From contig CAWIHR010000077.1 in NCBI GenBank assembly GCA_963835945.1, positions 6,792-70,791 on the forward strand: 64,000 nt of DNA. The letters are read 5' to 3'. Below, piece by piece: positions 24,725 to 34,564 of the stretch (position 1 is the stretch's first letter; each line of letters starts with the position of its first letter). Position numbers and translations under genes: made by a program. Under the pieces are notes generated by a model. It saw only the letters and a list, made by a program, of their open reading frames with translations, had not been told where the DNA came from and made no database searches. The stretch comes from an uncultured Chloroflexia bacterium. Its GTDB lineage: Bacteria > Chloroflexota > Limnocylindria > Limnocylindrales > CSP1-4.

Positions 24725-26173
24725 TCAGGCGCGGGCGGTCGCGAGTCTGTCGAGCAGGTGGCTCCGCAGCCCGTCAACGGCCACGCGCACCTGCTCCATA
24801 GAGTCCCGGTCTCGCACCGTGACGGCCCGGTCCTCCAGGGAGTCGACGTCGACGGTCACGCAGAACGGCGTGCCGATCTCGTCCTGCCGCCGGTAGAGTT
24901 TGCCGATCGAGGCCGTGTCGTCGTAGACCGCCATCACGTCGCGCCTCAGGTCATCCACGATGCGGTGGCAGAGCTCGACGATCTCGGGCCGCTTCTTGAG
25001 GAGTGGCAGCACGGCCACCTTGTAGGGCGCGAGGTCCGGGTGGAAGCCGAGCACGACGCGCGTCTCGCCACGCACTTCTTCCTCCCGGTATGCGTCGATA
25101 AGGAACGTGAAGGCCGCCCGGTCCGCACCGGCCGACGTCTCCACGATCCAAGGCACGAAATGCTCGTTGGTGGCCTGGTCGAAATACTCGAGGTTCTCGC
25201 CAGTTGCCTCCTGGTGCCTGCCCAGGTCCCAGTCGCCGCGGTTGTGGATGCCCTCCAGCTCCTTCCACCCGAACGGGAACCGGTACTCGACGTCCACCGC
25301 CTTCTTGGCGTAGTGCGCCAGCTCGTCCGGAGCGTGCTCGCGGAAGCGCAGCCGCGCCGGGTTGACACCGTACTGTTCGTACCACGCGCGGCGCCGCGGC
25401 ATCCACTCCTCGAAGTACGCGGCAGCAGTGTCCGGCCTGACGAAGTACTGCATCTCCATCTGCTCGAACTCGCGCATCCGGAAGACGAAGTTACCGGGGC
25501 TGATCTCGTTGCGGAAGGCCTTGCCGATCTGCGCGATCCCGAACGGCACCTTTTTGCGGCTCGTCTCTCGGACGTTGCGGAAGTTGACGTAGATGCCCTG
25601 CGCCGTCTCCGGGCGAAGGTACACGAGCGCGGCGTCGTCCTCGACAGGGCCCATGTGCGTACTAAACATCAGGTTGAAGCGGCGCGGCGTCCCCAGGGTT
25701 CCCTCGTCCACGGGGCAGCGCAGTCTGAGCCGCTCGACGATCGTGGGGTCGCGCAGCTCAGTCTGCGTGAGCTGCTCGGCACCCGGCAGCTCATCGAGGC
25801 GAAAACGACGATGGCACGTCTCGCACTCGACGAGCGGATCGCTGAACGACGCGACGTGCCCAGAAGTTACCCACACCTGCGGCGCCATTAGGATCCCGGC
25901 GTCGAGGCCAACGATGTCGTCGCGCTCCTGCACCATGGCGCGCCACCAAGCGCGCTTTACGTTGTTCTTGAGCTCGACCCCGAGCGGGCCGTAGTCCCAC
26001 ACGGCATTGATGCCGCCGTAGATCTCCGAGCTGGGGAAGACGAAGCCCCGACGCTTCGACAGAGAGACGATCGTGTCGAGCCCCGCGACGGCCGGGCCGG
26101 GGTCGGAGGCCGGGCCGGCGGGGTGGCTGGCACCGGGCTCGACGGAGCGATTGGGATCGACGGGATCGGTCAC
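24725..26173 (-). CDS. glyQS: glycine--tRNA ligase (homodimeric class II)
   Basis: 482 aa. Contains SLSKRRGFVFPSSEIYGG, class II motifs and the C-terminal anticodon-binding domain. Confidence 0.95.
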   Translation of the reverse strand: MTDPVDPNRSVEPGASHPAGPASDPGPAVAGLDTIVSLSKRRGFVFPSSEIYGGINAVWDYGPLGVELKNNVKRAWWRAMVQERDDIVGLDAGILMAPQVWVTSGHVASFSDPLVECETCHRRFRLDELPGAEQLTQTELRDPTIVERLRLRCPVDEGTLGTPRRFNLMFSTHMGPVEDDAALVYLRPETAQGIYVNFRNVRETSRKKVPFGIAQIGKAFRNEISPGNFVFRMREFEQMEMQYFVRPDTAAAYFEEWMPRRRAWYEQYGVNPARLRFREHAPDELAHYAKKAVDVEYRFPFGWKELEGIHNRGDWDLGRHQEATGENLEYFDQATNEHFVPWIVETSAGADRAAFTFLIDAYREEEVRGETRVVLGFHPDLAPYKVAVLPLLKKRPEIVELCHRIVDDLRRDVMAVYDDTASIGKLYRRQDEIGTPFCVTVDVDSLEDRAVTVRDRDSMEQVRVAVDGLRSHLLDRLATARA

Positions 26174-26271
26174 GGCTTGGCGTGGCTCCTGCTGCGGGCG
26201 GCGGAACGGGCTGGGCTGGACGCGTCGAGCTCATTCTTGCACGACAAGACGCTGTGGCGCCGGCGCCGCCG

Positions 26272-27036
26272 TCAACGCCCGGCGCGGACCTCGTCGAGGA
26301 ACTCAAGCGAGCGGGCCTCGCGCTCCAGCACGTGCCGCACGAAAAGTCGCATGGCCTGCTCTGCTTCCGCCTCGACCGACGCAGGCAGCCGCAGCCCGGC
26401 GATCGTCTCCAAGTCCACGTGTCGATAGGCCTTAAGCAGGCGGAGCCCGTCGCGGGAGAGGCCCGCGCGTTCCACGGTGGGGCCGGGATGAGCGACGCAC
26501 AGAAGGCCGCCCAGCGCCGGCACCCAGCGGAATGCTTCGTCCGACTCCAGCCGGCGGTCGCACTCGACGCACCGGTCGACCTCCGGCCGCAGTCCCAGCT
26601 CGTCGGTGAACCGGAACTCGAACCAGCGCGCGACGCGCCCCGGAGGCAGCCCGGCATCCAGGTGCTCGCAAGCGGCCAGCAGCAGGTCGTAGAGTCTTGA
26701 CGCCGGCGCGCGCTCCTCGGTCGAACGCTCCACCAGCTCCGAGAGATACCAGGCGGTCGCCGTCAATTCCAGGCGGTCCCGGAGCGCGAGCCAGGCGTGC
26801 AACACCGTCGCCTGCGTCACGACGTCGAACGTTCGCCCGTGGGCGAGCACAAGGTGCAGTTCGGCGAACGGTTCTAGGCTCCCGCCCAGCCGGCTCTGCG
26901 GGCGGCGCACCCCTTTGGCAATCGCCTTGAGCTTGCCGTCGTGCGGCGTGAGCAGCGTCAGAACACGATCCGCCTCACCCAGGTCAAACCGCGAGAGCAC
27001 GATCGCGCTCGTCTTGTAGACGCGGGCCACTGGCAT
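26272..27036 (-). CDS. recO: DNA repair protein RecO
   Basis: Sequence YKTSAIVLSRFDLGEADRVLTLLTPHDGKLKAIAKGVRRPQSRL, with the Cys motif CVECDRRL. Confidence 0.9.
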   Translation of the reverse strand: MPVARVYKTSAIVLSRFDLGEADRVLTLLTPHDGKLKAIAKGVRRPQSRLGGSLEPFAELHLVLAHGRTFDVVTQATVLHAWLALRDRLELTATAWYLSELVERSTEERAPASRLYDLLLAACEHLDAGLPPGRVARWFEFRFTDELGLRPEVDRCVECDRRLESDEAFRWVPALGGLLCVAHPGPTVERAGLSRDGLRLLKAYRHVDLETIAGLRLPASVEAEAEQAMRLFVRHVLEREARSLEFLDEVRAGR

Positions 27037-27068
27037 CGACCAAGCGTAGCGCCTGTATCATCGGCTAC

Positions 27069-28088
27069 GTGCTGACCCAGGCCGACCTGCAGGCCATGAT
27101 CTCAGACACCGAGGCCGAGATCCTCAACTTGGTGGACGCGGCCGATGCACCCACGACGCGCGATCTCTACGACATGGTCCGCTACCACCTCGGGCTCGAC
27201 GGCGCCAGCGGCGTCAGCGGCAAGCGCCTTCGGCCGCTCCTCGGACTGCTCGCATACGCGTCGATCGCTGGCGACTATGCGCGCGCGCTTCCGGGCGCGG
27301 CGGCCGTTGAGCTCGGCCACAACTTCAGCCTGGTCCACGACGACATCGAGGACCGGGACGTCGAGCGGCGCCACCGCGCCGCTCTCTGGACGGTCTACGG
27401 CGTGGGGCAGGCGATCAACACCGGCGACACGCTCTTCGTGCTCTCGCGGCTCGCCCTGCACCGGCTCACGGACCTCGGCTTCAGCGACGGTCGGGTGCTC
27501 CGGCTCATGCGTCTCTACGACGACACGTGCCTCGCGCTCTGCGAAGGGCAGTTCCTCGACTTGTGGGGCTCGGAGCACGGCGGCTCGATGTCGGTCGAGC
27601 TCTACTTCGACATGATCGGCCGCAAGACCGCGGCGCTCATCGCGGCGTCGATCGAGGCGGGTGCGATGCTGGCCACCGACGACCGGGCGGTGGTCGACGC
27701 GTACCGCCGCTTCGGGTGGGCCCTAGGGCTGGCATTCCAGCTCAACGACGACCTGCTCGGGATCTGGGGGCAGGAGCAGGTGACCGGGAAGGAGCCGTCG
27801 GACCTGGCGAAGCGGAAGAAGACGCTCCCGGTGCTGTACGCGCTGGAGCACGCGTCGGAGACCGACCGGGCGCGCCTGCTGGCGATCTACGATCACGCGG
27901 ATCCGACGCCTGGTGAAGTCGCCGAGATCCGGGCCATCCTAGGACGGTCGGGCGCGGCCGACTACACGCGCACCGAGGCTCGGCGGCTGCGCGACGAGGC
28001 ACTGGCCGCCCTCGATGCCACAGGCGTGGTCCTTGGCGCGGCCCGCGACAGGCTGAGGGAGATCATCGTCGCGGCGATCAGCGCGTGA
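27069..28088 (+). CDS. polyprenyl diphosphate synthase (trans-isoprenyl diphosphate synthase family)
   Basis: First Asp-rich motif LVHDDIED and second NDDLLGIWG. Chain length cannot be determined. Confidence 0.85.
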   Translation: MLTQADLQAMISDTEAEILNLVDAADAPTTRDLYDMVRYHLGLDGASGVSGKRLRPLLGLLAYASIAGDYARALPGAAAVELGHNFSLVHDDIEDRDVERRHRAALWTVYGVGQAINTGDTLFVLSRLALHRLTDLGFSDGRVLRLMRLYDDTCLALCEGQFLDLWGSEHGGSMSVELYFDMIGRKTAALIAASIEAGAMLATDDRAVVDAYRRFGWALGLAFQLNDDLLGIWGQEQVTGKEPSDLAKRKKTLPVLYALEHASETDRARLLAIYDHADPTPGEVAEIRAILGRSGAADYTRTEARRLRDEALAALDATGVVLGAARDRLREIIVAAISA

Positions 28089-28147
28089 GCTTCTGCCAGG
28101 GCCGCGAGGTCGGTCGCCGTCCGCGCCGGCCGGACTGGCAGCAAGCC

Positions 28148-29479
28148 CTACTCCGGGGGGTCTTCCGCCGCGGGGGCCGCCTCCGTGGGACGACCCACGG
28201 CCAGTACCTTCCCCACCCGGCGGCCGTCGGTTGATTCGACCGTCAGCGTGAGGCCGTTCAGGTCGATACTGTCGCCCACCCGGGGCACGCCACCGACTCG
28301 GTGGTAGACCAGCCCGCCCACCGTGTCGTACTCCTCGCGGTCCTCGTCGGCTAGGTCCACGTCGAACGCGTCGACAAGGTCATCGATGCTGGCCCGGCCG
28401 TCGAAGCGCACCTCGCGTTCCGAGACATGCTCGACCATGGGCTCCTCGACGTCGTACTCGTCCTGGATCTCGCCGACGATCTCCTCCAGCAGGTCCTCGA
28501 TGGTGACCATGCCGGCGGTCCCGCCGTACTCGTCGAGCACGACCGCGATATGCACTTTTCGCCGTTGCAGCTCGTGGAGCAGGTCGTCTACGCTCATCGA
28601 CTCCGGCACGAAGAGCGGCGTGCGGAGCAGCCGCCGCAGCTCGGGTGGCTCCGCGTTGTCCTTCAGGTACGGCAGCAGGTCCTTGGCGTACAGGATGCCG
28701 ACGACGTTATCGATCGACTCCTCGTACACCGGGATGCGGGAATGCCCCTCGCGCAGGATCGTGTCCACCGCCTCGCCGAACGGCGTCTCGACGGCGATGG
28801 CCGTGACGTCGATGCGCGGGACCATCACCTCGTGCACGCGTCCCTCGCCGAGCTCGATCACGGCGGAGATCATCTGCTCTTCCTCGGCCTCGAGGACCCC
28901 CTGCTCCCCGCCCCGCTCGACGAGGATCTTCAGCTCTTCCATCGACATCCGGCCGCGATCCTGATGCTCGGCACCGAGCGGGCGCGTGATGGCATTAGTG
29001 ACCAACTCGAGCAGCCGCACCACGGGGCCCAGCACCGTCTCGAGGAATTCGAACGGCCCGGACACGGCAAGGGCGACGCGCTCAGCGTTGGCCAGCGCGA
29101 GCGTCTTGGGCACGAGCTCTCCGAACACGATGGTGACCAGCGACAGGAGCAGGGTCACGAGCACCAGGCTAAGCGCCGCGGCGTACGGGGCGAGCGGCGA
29201 GACCTTCTTCAACAGGTCGTCGGTCGCGAGCGTCAGGGTCACCGCCGCGAAGGCCGACGACAGGAACCCAATGAACGTGATCCATAGCTGCGTAACCGCG
29301 AGGAACCGCCCAGGTCGCTGCAGGAGTCGCTCCACGCGCCGGGCGGCGCGGCTCCCCTCCTCGACCAGCTGCTCGACGCGACTCCGGCGGATCGTCACGA
29401 GGGCGATCTCCGCGGCCACGAAAATCGCGTTGAGCGCGATCAGGATCGCGATGACGACGAGCTCTTCGAGCGCGCTCAT
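28148..29479 (-). CDS. CNNM/hemolysin-family membrane protein (DUF21 - CBS pair - CorC/HlyC)
   Basis: ATG at 29479 overlaps the glmU stop (ATGA). Begins MSALEELVVIAILIALNAIFVAAEIALV, followed by CBS and CorC_HlyC-like regions. Confidence 0.85.
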   Translation of the reverse strand: MSALEELVVIAILIALNAIFVAAEIALVTIRRSRVEQLVEEGSRAARRVERLLQRPGRFLAVTQLWITFIGFLSSAFAAVTLTLATDDLLKKVSPLAPYAAALSLVLVTLLLSLVTIVFGELVPKTLALANAERVALAVSGPFEFLETVLGPVVRLLELVTNAITRPLGAEHQDRGRMSMEELKILVERGGEQGVLEAEEEQMISAVIELGEGRVHEVMVPRIDVTAIAVETPFGEAVDTILREGHSRIPVYEESIDNVVGILYAKDLLPYLKDNAEPPELRRLLRTPLFVPESMSVDDLLHELQRRKVHIAVVLDEYGGTAGMVTIEDLLEEIVGEIQDEYDVEEPMVEHVSEREVRFDGRASIDDLVDAFDVDLADEDREEYDTVGGLVYHRVGGVPRVGDSIDLNGLTLTVESTDGRRVGKVLAVGRPTEAAPAAEDPPE

Positions 29480-30939
29480 GCCGGGGGCGTCGGGTCCTCC
29501 GGTGCGGGTTCGGACGGACGGCCGCCAGCAGGCGGGACGACGTCGGGCTCGGAACCGGGCGAACCGGAAACGCCGGGCCGCGGACGCCGGAGCCGGGCCG
29601 GGACGCCGACGGCGAGCATGCCGTCGGGCACATCGTGCGTCACCACGGACCCCGCACCGGTGCGCGCGCCGGCGCCCACTCTCAGGGGTGCGATAAGCAT
29701 CGTGTCGGAACCGATGAACGCGCCATCTCCAATCACGGTGCGATGCTTGGCGGTCCCGTCGAAGTTGCACGTGATCGTCCCGGCGCCGATGTTGACGTGC
29801 TCGCCGACCGTCGCGTCGCCGAGGTAGCTGAAGTGGTGCTGCTTGGAGCCGCGCCCGAGGCTGCTCGACTTCATCTCGGCGAAGTTGCCGACCTCCGCGC
29901 CGTCGCCGACACGGGCGCCGGGCCGAAGATGCGCCCACGGGCCGACCCTGACGTCGTCGCCGACCTCGCTCGATTCGATGACGCTCGACCAGATGCGGCA
30001 GCGCTCGCCGACGACGCTGTCCACGATCCGGCTGCCGCTCCCTACGACGGTGTCCGCCCCGATCTGCGTCGTGCCCTGGAGGATGACGCCGGGCTCGAGC
30101 ACCACATCCGGGGCGAGCGCCACCGCGGCCTCGATCGTGACGCTCCCGGGGTCGAGCATCGTAACGCCGGCGCGCATGTGCGCCTCGACGATCCGTCTGC
30201 GCAGCTCCGCCTCCGCTACGGCAAGCTGGACGCGGTCGTTGATGCCTGCCAGCTCGCGCTCGTCGGACACGTCCAGCGCGACGACCGTCCGGCCTTCCTG
30301 GTGCGCCATCGCCACCAGCTCGGGCAGGTAGTACTCGCCGGTCGCCGGCGACGGCGGGACGCCGGCCACACGCTCACGTACCCAGGGCCCGTGGAATGCG
30401 TAGAGCGCGGCATTGACCTCGCCGATCGCGCGAGTCGCCTCGTCCGCGTCCGTCTCCTCGACGACGCGCGCCACGCGGCCGTCTGCGTCGCGGACAACGC
30501 GGCCGTACCCGCGCGGGTCGGCGGGGTGGATGACGGCTATGGCGATCGTGGCATCCTCGCCACGCCGCAGGGCAACCAGTCGCCGGACCGTGTCGGCGCG
30601 CAGGAGCGGGACGTCACCGCTCAGGACCACCACATCGTCCGCGTCGGGTGGCGCCACCGCCAGGGCCGCGCGCAGCGCGTCGGCGGTGCCGAGCGGTTCC
30701 GTCTGGACCGCGTAGGTCACCCCGTCGCTGCCGACCGCCCCTCGCACCGCATCCGTCGCGGGCGAGATCACTACGAGGGGCGCACGGCCACCTACGGCGC
30801 GGGCCACATCCAGGACGTGCTCGATCATCGGCCGACCGCATACTGCGTGGAGGACCTTGGGTCGCCGCGACCGCATGCGGGTTCCCAGCCCCGCGGCGAG
30901 CACGACGGCGAGCGGAGCGGCCGGGGCGTCGCAGGTCAC
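29476..30939 (-). CDS. glmU: bifunctional UDP-GlcNAc pyrophosphorylase / GlcN-1-P N-acetyltransferase
   Basis: Contains LAAGLGTRMRSRRPKVLH and left-handed beta-helix hexapeptide repeats. Has a Pro-rich C-terminal tail. Confidence 0.95.
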   Translation of the reverse strand: MTCDAPAAPLAVVLAAGLGTRMRSRRPKVLHAVCGRPMIEHVLDVARAVGGRAPLVVISPATDAVRGAVGSDGVTYAVQTEPLGTADALRAALAVAPPDADDVVVLSGDVPLLRADTVRRLVALRRGEDATIAIAVIHPADPRGYGRVVRDADGRVARVVEETDADEATRAIGEVNAALYAFHGPWVRERVAGVPPSPATGEYYLPELVAMAHQEGRTVVALDVSDERELAGINDRVQLAVAEAELRRRIVEAHMRAGVTMLDPGSVTIEAAVALAPDVVLEPGVILQGTTQIGADTVVGSGSRIVDSVVGERCRIWSSVIESSEVGDDVRVGPWAHLRPGARVGDGAEVGNFAEMKSSSLGRGSKQHHFSYLGDATVGEHVNIGAGTITCNFDGTAKHRTVIGDGAFIGSDTMLIAPLRVGAGARTGAGSVVTHDVPDGMLAVGVPARLRRPRPGVSGSPGSEPDVVPPAGGRPSEPAPEDPTPPA

Positions 30940-30989
30940 GACGCCGGCCGCTCGTCACGACCTGGAGGCTTGGTTGACACGTCGGGTCG

Positions 30990-31018
30990 ATTCTCCGGCC
31001 CGCGTATGGGGGTGTCAA
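30990..31018 (-). promoter_or_regulatory. sigma-70-like promoter candidate for glmU (TTGACA-N17-GAGAAT)
   Basis: Minus-strand TTGACA lies at 31018-31013 and GAGAAT at 30995-30990, about 50 nt upstream of the GTG at 30939. Confidence 0.4.
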
Positions 31019-31099
31019 CGCCGGCGCGGGCGGGCGGCATGGGAGCCGGGCAGAGACCAAGCGAGCCGCCACACGGGATGGTCGAGAGGGCGCCAGGGG

Positions 31100-31486
31100 T
31101 CATGAATGGTCGGGCAGGAACGCGATGACGTCGATCTCGATCCGGCCTCCGCGCGGCAGCGAGGCGACCGCGACAGTGGACCGCGCAGGATACGGCTCCT
31201 CGAAGTGGCGCGCGTAAATCGCGTTGACCGCCGCGAAGTCGCCCATGTCGGCGAGGTAGATAGTCGTCTTCACGACGTCCCGCATGGTGGCTCCGCCCGC
31301 CTCGAGCAGGGCCCGGACGTTCCTCATCGCCCGCTCGACCTGCGCCTCTGTGCCAGCCACGAGCTCGCCCGTGGCCGGATCCAGTCCGAGCTGCCCCGAG
31401 CAGAACACGAACCGGTGCGCGCGGACGGCCTGGGTGTAGGGACCGATGGCGGCCGGGGCCGAGTCGGTCGCGAGGTAATCCGTCAT
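31100..31486 (-). CDS. ridA: RidA/YjgF-family reactive intermediate deaminase
   Basis: 128 aa. Contains PAAIGPYTQAV..GQLGLDP..ARSTVAVASLPRGGRIEID. Confidence 0.9.
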   Translation of the reverse strand: MTDYLATDSAPAAIGPYTQAVRAHRFVFCSGQLGLDPATGELVAGTEAQVERAMRNVRALLEAGGATMRDVVKTTIYLADMGDFAAVNAIYARHFEEPYPARSTVAVASLPRGGRIEIDVIAFLPDHS

Positions 31487-32592
31487 GCCTCTCCTCCCGT
31501 GATGGTGGCGATCACCTGCAGGCTTCCGCCGGGGGGCAGCAGCGCACCCCGCGCCACCGCGGCCCGAACCGCGGTGGCGCCGCGGCGGGCGGCGCCTGCT
31601 GAAGGATAGAGGACGACGAGCGTCGGGCCCGAGCCGGTGAGATGCACCGGGCGACCCAGCACGTCGCCGAGGTTGCGGCGCAGGTGGTCGAGGCCGGGAA
31701 GAAGCACAACCGCGGCGGGGAACAAATCGTTCGCCGGCTGCAGGTCCGCGACCTCAGACGCGGGAGCACCTCGACGCAGCACCGCGGCGAGGTGCCGGGT
31801 GGCGCCGCGGTGCGACCTGCCCGGGGATGCCATGCGGCGGCACGCGTCCTGCAGAAGCCCGCCGGGCTCCGCGCTTCCGGCGAGTCTCACCGTGTCTGTT
31901 GCGTCGAGTGCGGCGAAGACGTCGCGGGTGGAGAGCCGCGCGGTCGGGACCACAAGCAGCACACCGAGCGGGCCGCCTTTCGGCGGCGGCAGTCGTCGCA
32001 GCCGCTCGCCGCGGCCGCCCACGAGGGCCCATCCTCCGAGCGCAAAGAACGGGACGTCCGAGCCGAGGGTCGCCGCCAGCTTCATGCGGCGCCGTATACC
32101 CAATCGGAGCCGCCAGGCGGCCGCGGCGAGGTCGAGCGCGGCGAGCGCGTCGCTGCTGCCGCCACCGAGGCCCGCAGCGGCCGGGATCCGCTTGAGCAAG
32201 CGGAGTGCGAGCGGTGAGAGCGGGCGGCCAGCCTCGGTCCGCAGCAGGGCCGCGGCGCGAAGCACGAGATTGTCCTCTGTTGGGATGTCGTCGGCGCCAC
32301 AAATCGAGAGCCGGTCCCCAGCCGGCCGCGCGGACCTCAGCTGGGGCTCCGCCGCACCGCGGCCCAGGGCAAGCTGACGGACCCACAGCTCGTCCGATAG
32401 TGCGAGCGGCGCGAGCACCGACTCCAGCTCGTGAAAACCGTCCGACCTGCGTCCAATGACCTCGAGCGTCAGGTTGATCTTGGCCGGCGCGACCCCGACA
32501 AGCGCGCCTCCCCGCAGAACCCCTCCTTGCGGATCCCTCGGCCGGCGGCCCGCGGGAACGGCCACACCTGCGCCAGCGGCCGACTTGATCAC
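31483..32592 (-). CDS. ispE: 4-diphosphocytidyl-2-C-methyl-D-erythritol kinase
   Basis: APAKINLTLEVIGRRSDGFHEL plus the GHMP motif IPAAAGLGGGSSDA. The GTG at 32592 overlaps the rsmA stop, and an ATG at 32616 is also possible. Confidence 0.85.
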   Translation of the reverse strand: MIKSAAGAGVAVPAGRRPRDPQGGVLRGGALVGVAPAKINLTLEVIGRRSDGFHELESVLAPLALSDELWVRQLALGRGAAEPQLRSARPAGDRLSICGADDIPTEDNLVLRAAALLRTEAGRPLSPLALRLLKRIPAAAGLGGGSSDALAALDLAAAAWRLRLGIRRRMKLAATLGSDVPFFALGGWALVGGRGERLRRLPPPKGGPLGVLLVVPTARLSTRDVFAALDATDTVRLAGSAEPGGLLQDACRRMASPGRSHRGATRHLAAVLRRGAPASEVADLQPANDLFPAAVVLLPGLDHLRRNLGDVLGRPVHLTGSGPTLVVLYPSAGAARRGATAVRAAVARGALLPPGGSLQVIATITGGEA

Positions 32593-33515
32593 GAGCCCGC
32601 CTCCGCCGATCGCCATCCAGTCCCAATGAGCGTCAGCTCTTCGGCCAGCGCAAGCCACTCCTCGACAGACAACGTCTGAGGCCGGCGGCCCGACGCGATC
32701 CCGAGCGCGCCCAGCGCGGCGTGGATGCGCTGCCGGCCCAGCACCGGGAGCTGCCTGGGCAGGACGTTCCCAATCATCTTGCGCCGCTCACGAAAGCCCG
32801 CCTGTACCAGCCTCCAGAGCGCCTCCTCCTCATCGAGGGGGAGCCGGCGCACCCGCGTTCGGCCTGCTAGGACGGCCGAGTCGACCGTAGGTACCGGCTC
32901 GAACGACGCGGCCGGCACGACCCGGATGATGCCGACCCGCGCGTGGTATTGGACGAAGACGGACAGGTAGCTGAGGCCGCCAGGTGGAGCGGCGATTCGC
33001 TCGGCGACCTCTCGCTGGAGCATCAGCACGAAGCGCTCCGGGCGCGGTTCGCTGCCGAGCACGTGGTGGAGGGTGGGGCTCGTGATGTGGTACGGCAGGT
33101 TCGCCACCAACTCGTACGGCGGCGTTACAAGATCTCCGAGGGCGAGGTCGAGCGCGTTGGCCTCGATCAGGCGCAGGGCCCCGGGAGCGTCCGGATCGGA
33201 GACGGCGATCCCCAATGCCTCCGCGAAGCGCTCGCGAAGATGCGCCACCAGCCGGGGGTCGACCTCGACCGCGGTCACCGCCGCACCGGCACGGAGCAGG
33301 CTGCCCGTCAAGATACCGACTCCGGGCCCTATCTCGAGGATCCGGCGGCCGGGAGCGGGGGCCGACGCCTCGACGATCGCCTCGAGCGCCTCGCCGTCGG
33401 CCAGGTGGTTCTGGCTAAGCGAGCGGCGCGCCTCCAAGCCGTGGCGGCGGAGATGCCGGCGGACCGCCTCCGGCCCGAGATGGCTCGCGTCGAGCGGATC
33501 GCCGCCGGCAATCAC
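32589..33515 (-). CDS. rsmA: 16S rRNA (adenine1518/1519-N6)-dimethyltransferase
   Basis: Contains SLSQNHLAD..ILEIGPGVGILT..ANLPYHITSP. Confidence 0.95.
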   Translation of the reverse strand: MIAGGDPLDASHLGPEAVRRHLRRHGLEARRSLSQNHLADGEALEAIVEASAPAPGRRILEIGPGVGILTGSLLRAGAAVTAVEVDPRLVAHLRERFAEALGIAVSDPDAPGALRLIEANALDLALGDLVTPPYELVANLPYHITSPTLHHVLGSEPRPERFVLMLQREVAERIAAPPGGLSYLSVFVQYHARVGIIRVVPAASFEPVPTVDSAVLAGRTRVRRLPLDEEEALWRLVQAGFRERRKMIGNVLPRQLPVLGRQRIHAALGALGIASGRRPQTLSVEEWLALAEELTLIGTGWRSAEAGS

Positions 33516-34564
33516 CGGACGAGCGGCAATGAGGGACGCGCGTCTAGGTCGAGCGAGGCGCGGGTGCCAGCACGCGCCCGGAAGAAGCCTGCGGCCCCGA
33601 TCATGGCCGCGTTATCGGTACAGAGTCCGGGCCGGGGCACGATCAGCGCGATGCCCAGGTCTCGTGCACGCTCGGCCACGCGCTCGCGGAGGACCGTGTT
33701 CGCGGCCACTCCACCGCCGAGCACGATGGCGCGAGCTCCGCTGCGCTGCGCGGCCAAGCCAGCCTTCGTGGCGAGCACGTCGACGACCGACTCCTGGAAC
33801 CCATACGCAAGCTCGGCCACGACGCCAGGCCCGAGCGCCGTAGTACCGCCCCGTGCCTCGATTGCACGCCGGGCGGCGGTCTTTAGGCCGCTGAAGCTGA
33901 AGTCGTACGAGTCGCCCATCCAGGCACGCGGGAACTCCACGTCGCGGTCCCGCGCGCCGGCGGCTGCCGTCATGATTGCCGGACCGCCCGGGTAGGACAG
34001 CCCCAGCAGTCTGCCCACCTTGTCGAACGCCTCGCCGGCCGCGTCGTCCACCGTCTGCCCGAGGAACCGGTACTCAAGGTGGTCGCGCATCTCCACAAGG
34101 AACGTATGGCCGCCACTCACGACCAAGGCAACGAGCGGGAAGGGCGGTGCAGGCCGCCCGGCCTCGTCGGGGTCGAGGAGCCAGGCGGCGTAGATGTGCC
34201 CCTCAAGGTGGTTGACGGGGACAAGGGGCCGCGAGTGGACGTAGGCCAGCGTCTTGGCGAAGTTGATCCCGACGAGCAGCGATCCGGCAAGCCCCGGCCC
34301 GTATGTCACCGCCACAGCCTCGATCTCGGACCAGTCCTCGACGCCCGCGGCGCCGCGCGCCTCTTCGAACACCGGCACGATCCAGCGAAGGTGGGCGCGC
34401 GCCGCGACCTCCGGCACGATCCCGCCGGTCGCCGCGTGCATCGCGACCTGGCTGGCCACCACGCTGGCCCGGATTCGGCGCCCGCCCTCGACGACCGCCA
34501 CCGCCGTCTCGTCGCACGAGGTCTCGACAGCCAGGATCAGGCCCGTCCCTCGACCGTCCATCAC
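33512..34564 (-). CDS. tsaD: tRNA N6-adenosine threonylcarbamoyltransferase
   Basis: Contains ILAVETSCDETAVAVV and the HLEGH metal site. Confidence 0.95.
   Translation of the reverse strand: MMDGRGTGLILAVETSCDETAVAVVEGGRRIRASVVASQVAMHAATGGIVPEVAARAHLRWIVPVFEEARGAAGVEDWSEIEAVAVTYGPGLAGSLLVGINFAKTLAYVHSRPLVPVNHLEGHIYAAWLLDPDEAGRPAPPFPLVALVVSGGHTFLVEMRDHLEYRFLGQTVDDAAGEAFDKVGRLLGLSYPGGPAIMTAAAGARDRDVEFPRAWMGDSYDFSFSGLKTAARRAIEARGGTTALGPGVVAELAYGFQESVVDVLATKAGLAAQRSGARAIVLGGGVAANTVLRERVAERARDLGIALIVPRPGLCTDNAAMIGAAGFFRARAGTRASLDLDARPSLPLVR

Noticed and set aside
26174-26271. T-box leader upstream of glyQS
   Set aside because: The 98-nt spacer is too short, and no T-box consensus (AGAGA.. / ..GGUGGUACCGCG) was seen.
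28148-29938. Long N-terminal extensions in the ORF track (28148-29938, 35843-37216, 39368-40687, 45996-47369, 57353-58099)
   Set aside because: The extensions are Arg-rich read-through into the upstream gene. Internal starts give canonical N-termini and 4-nt stop/start overlaps.
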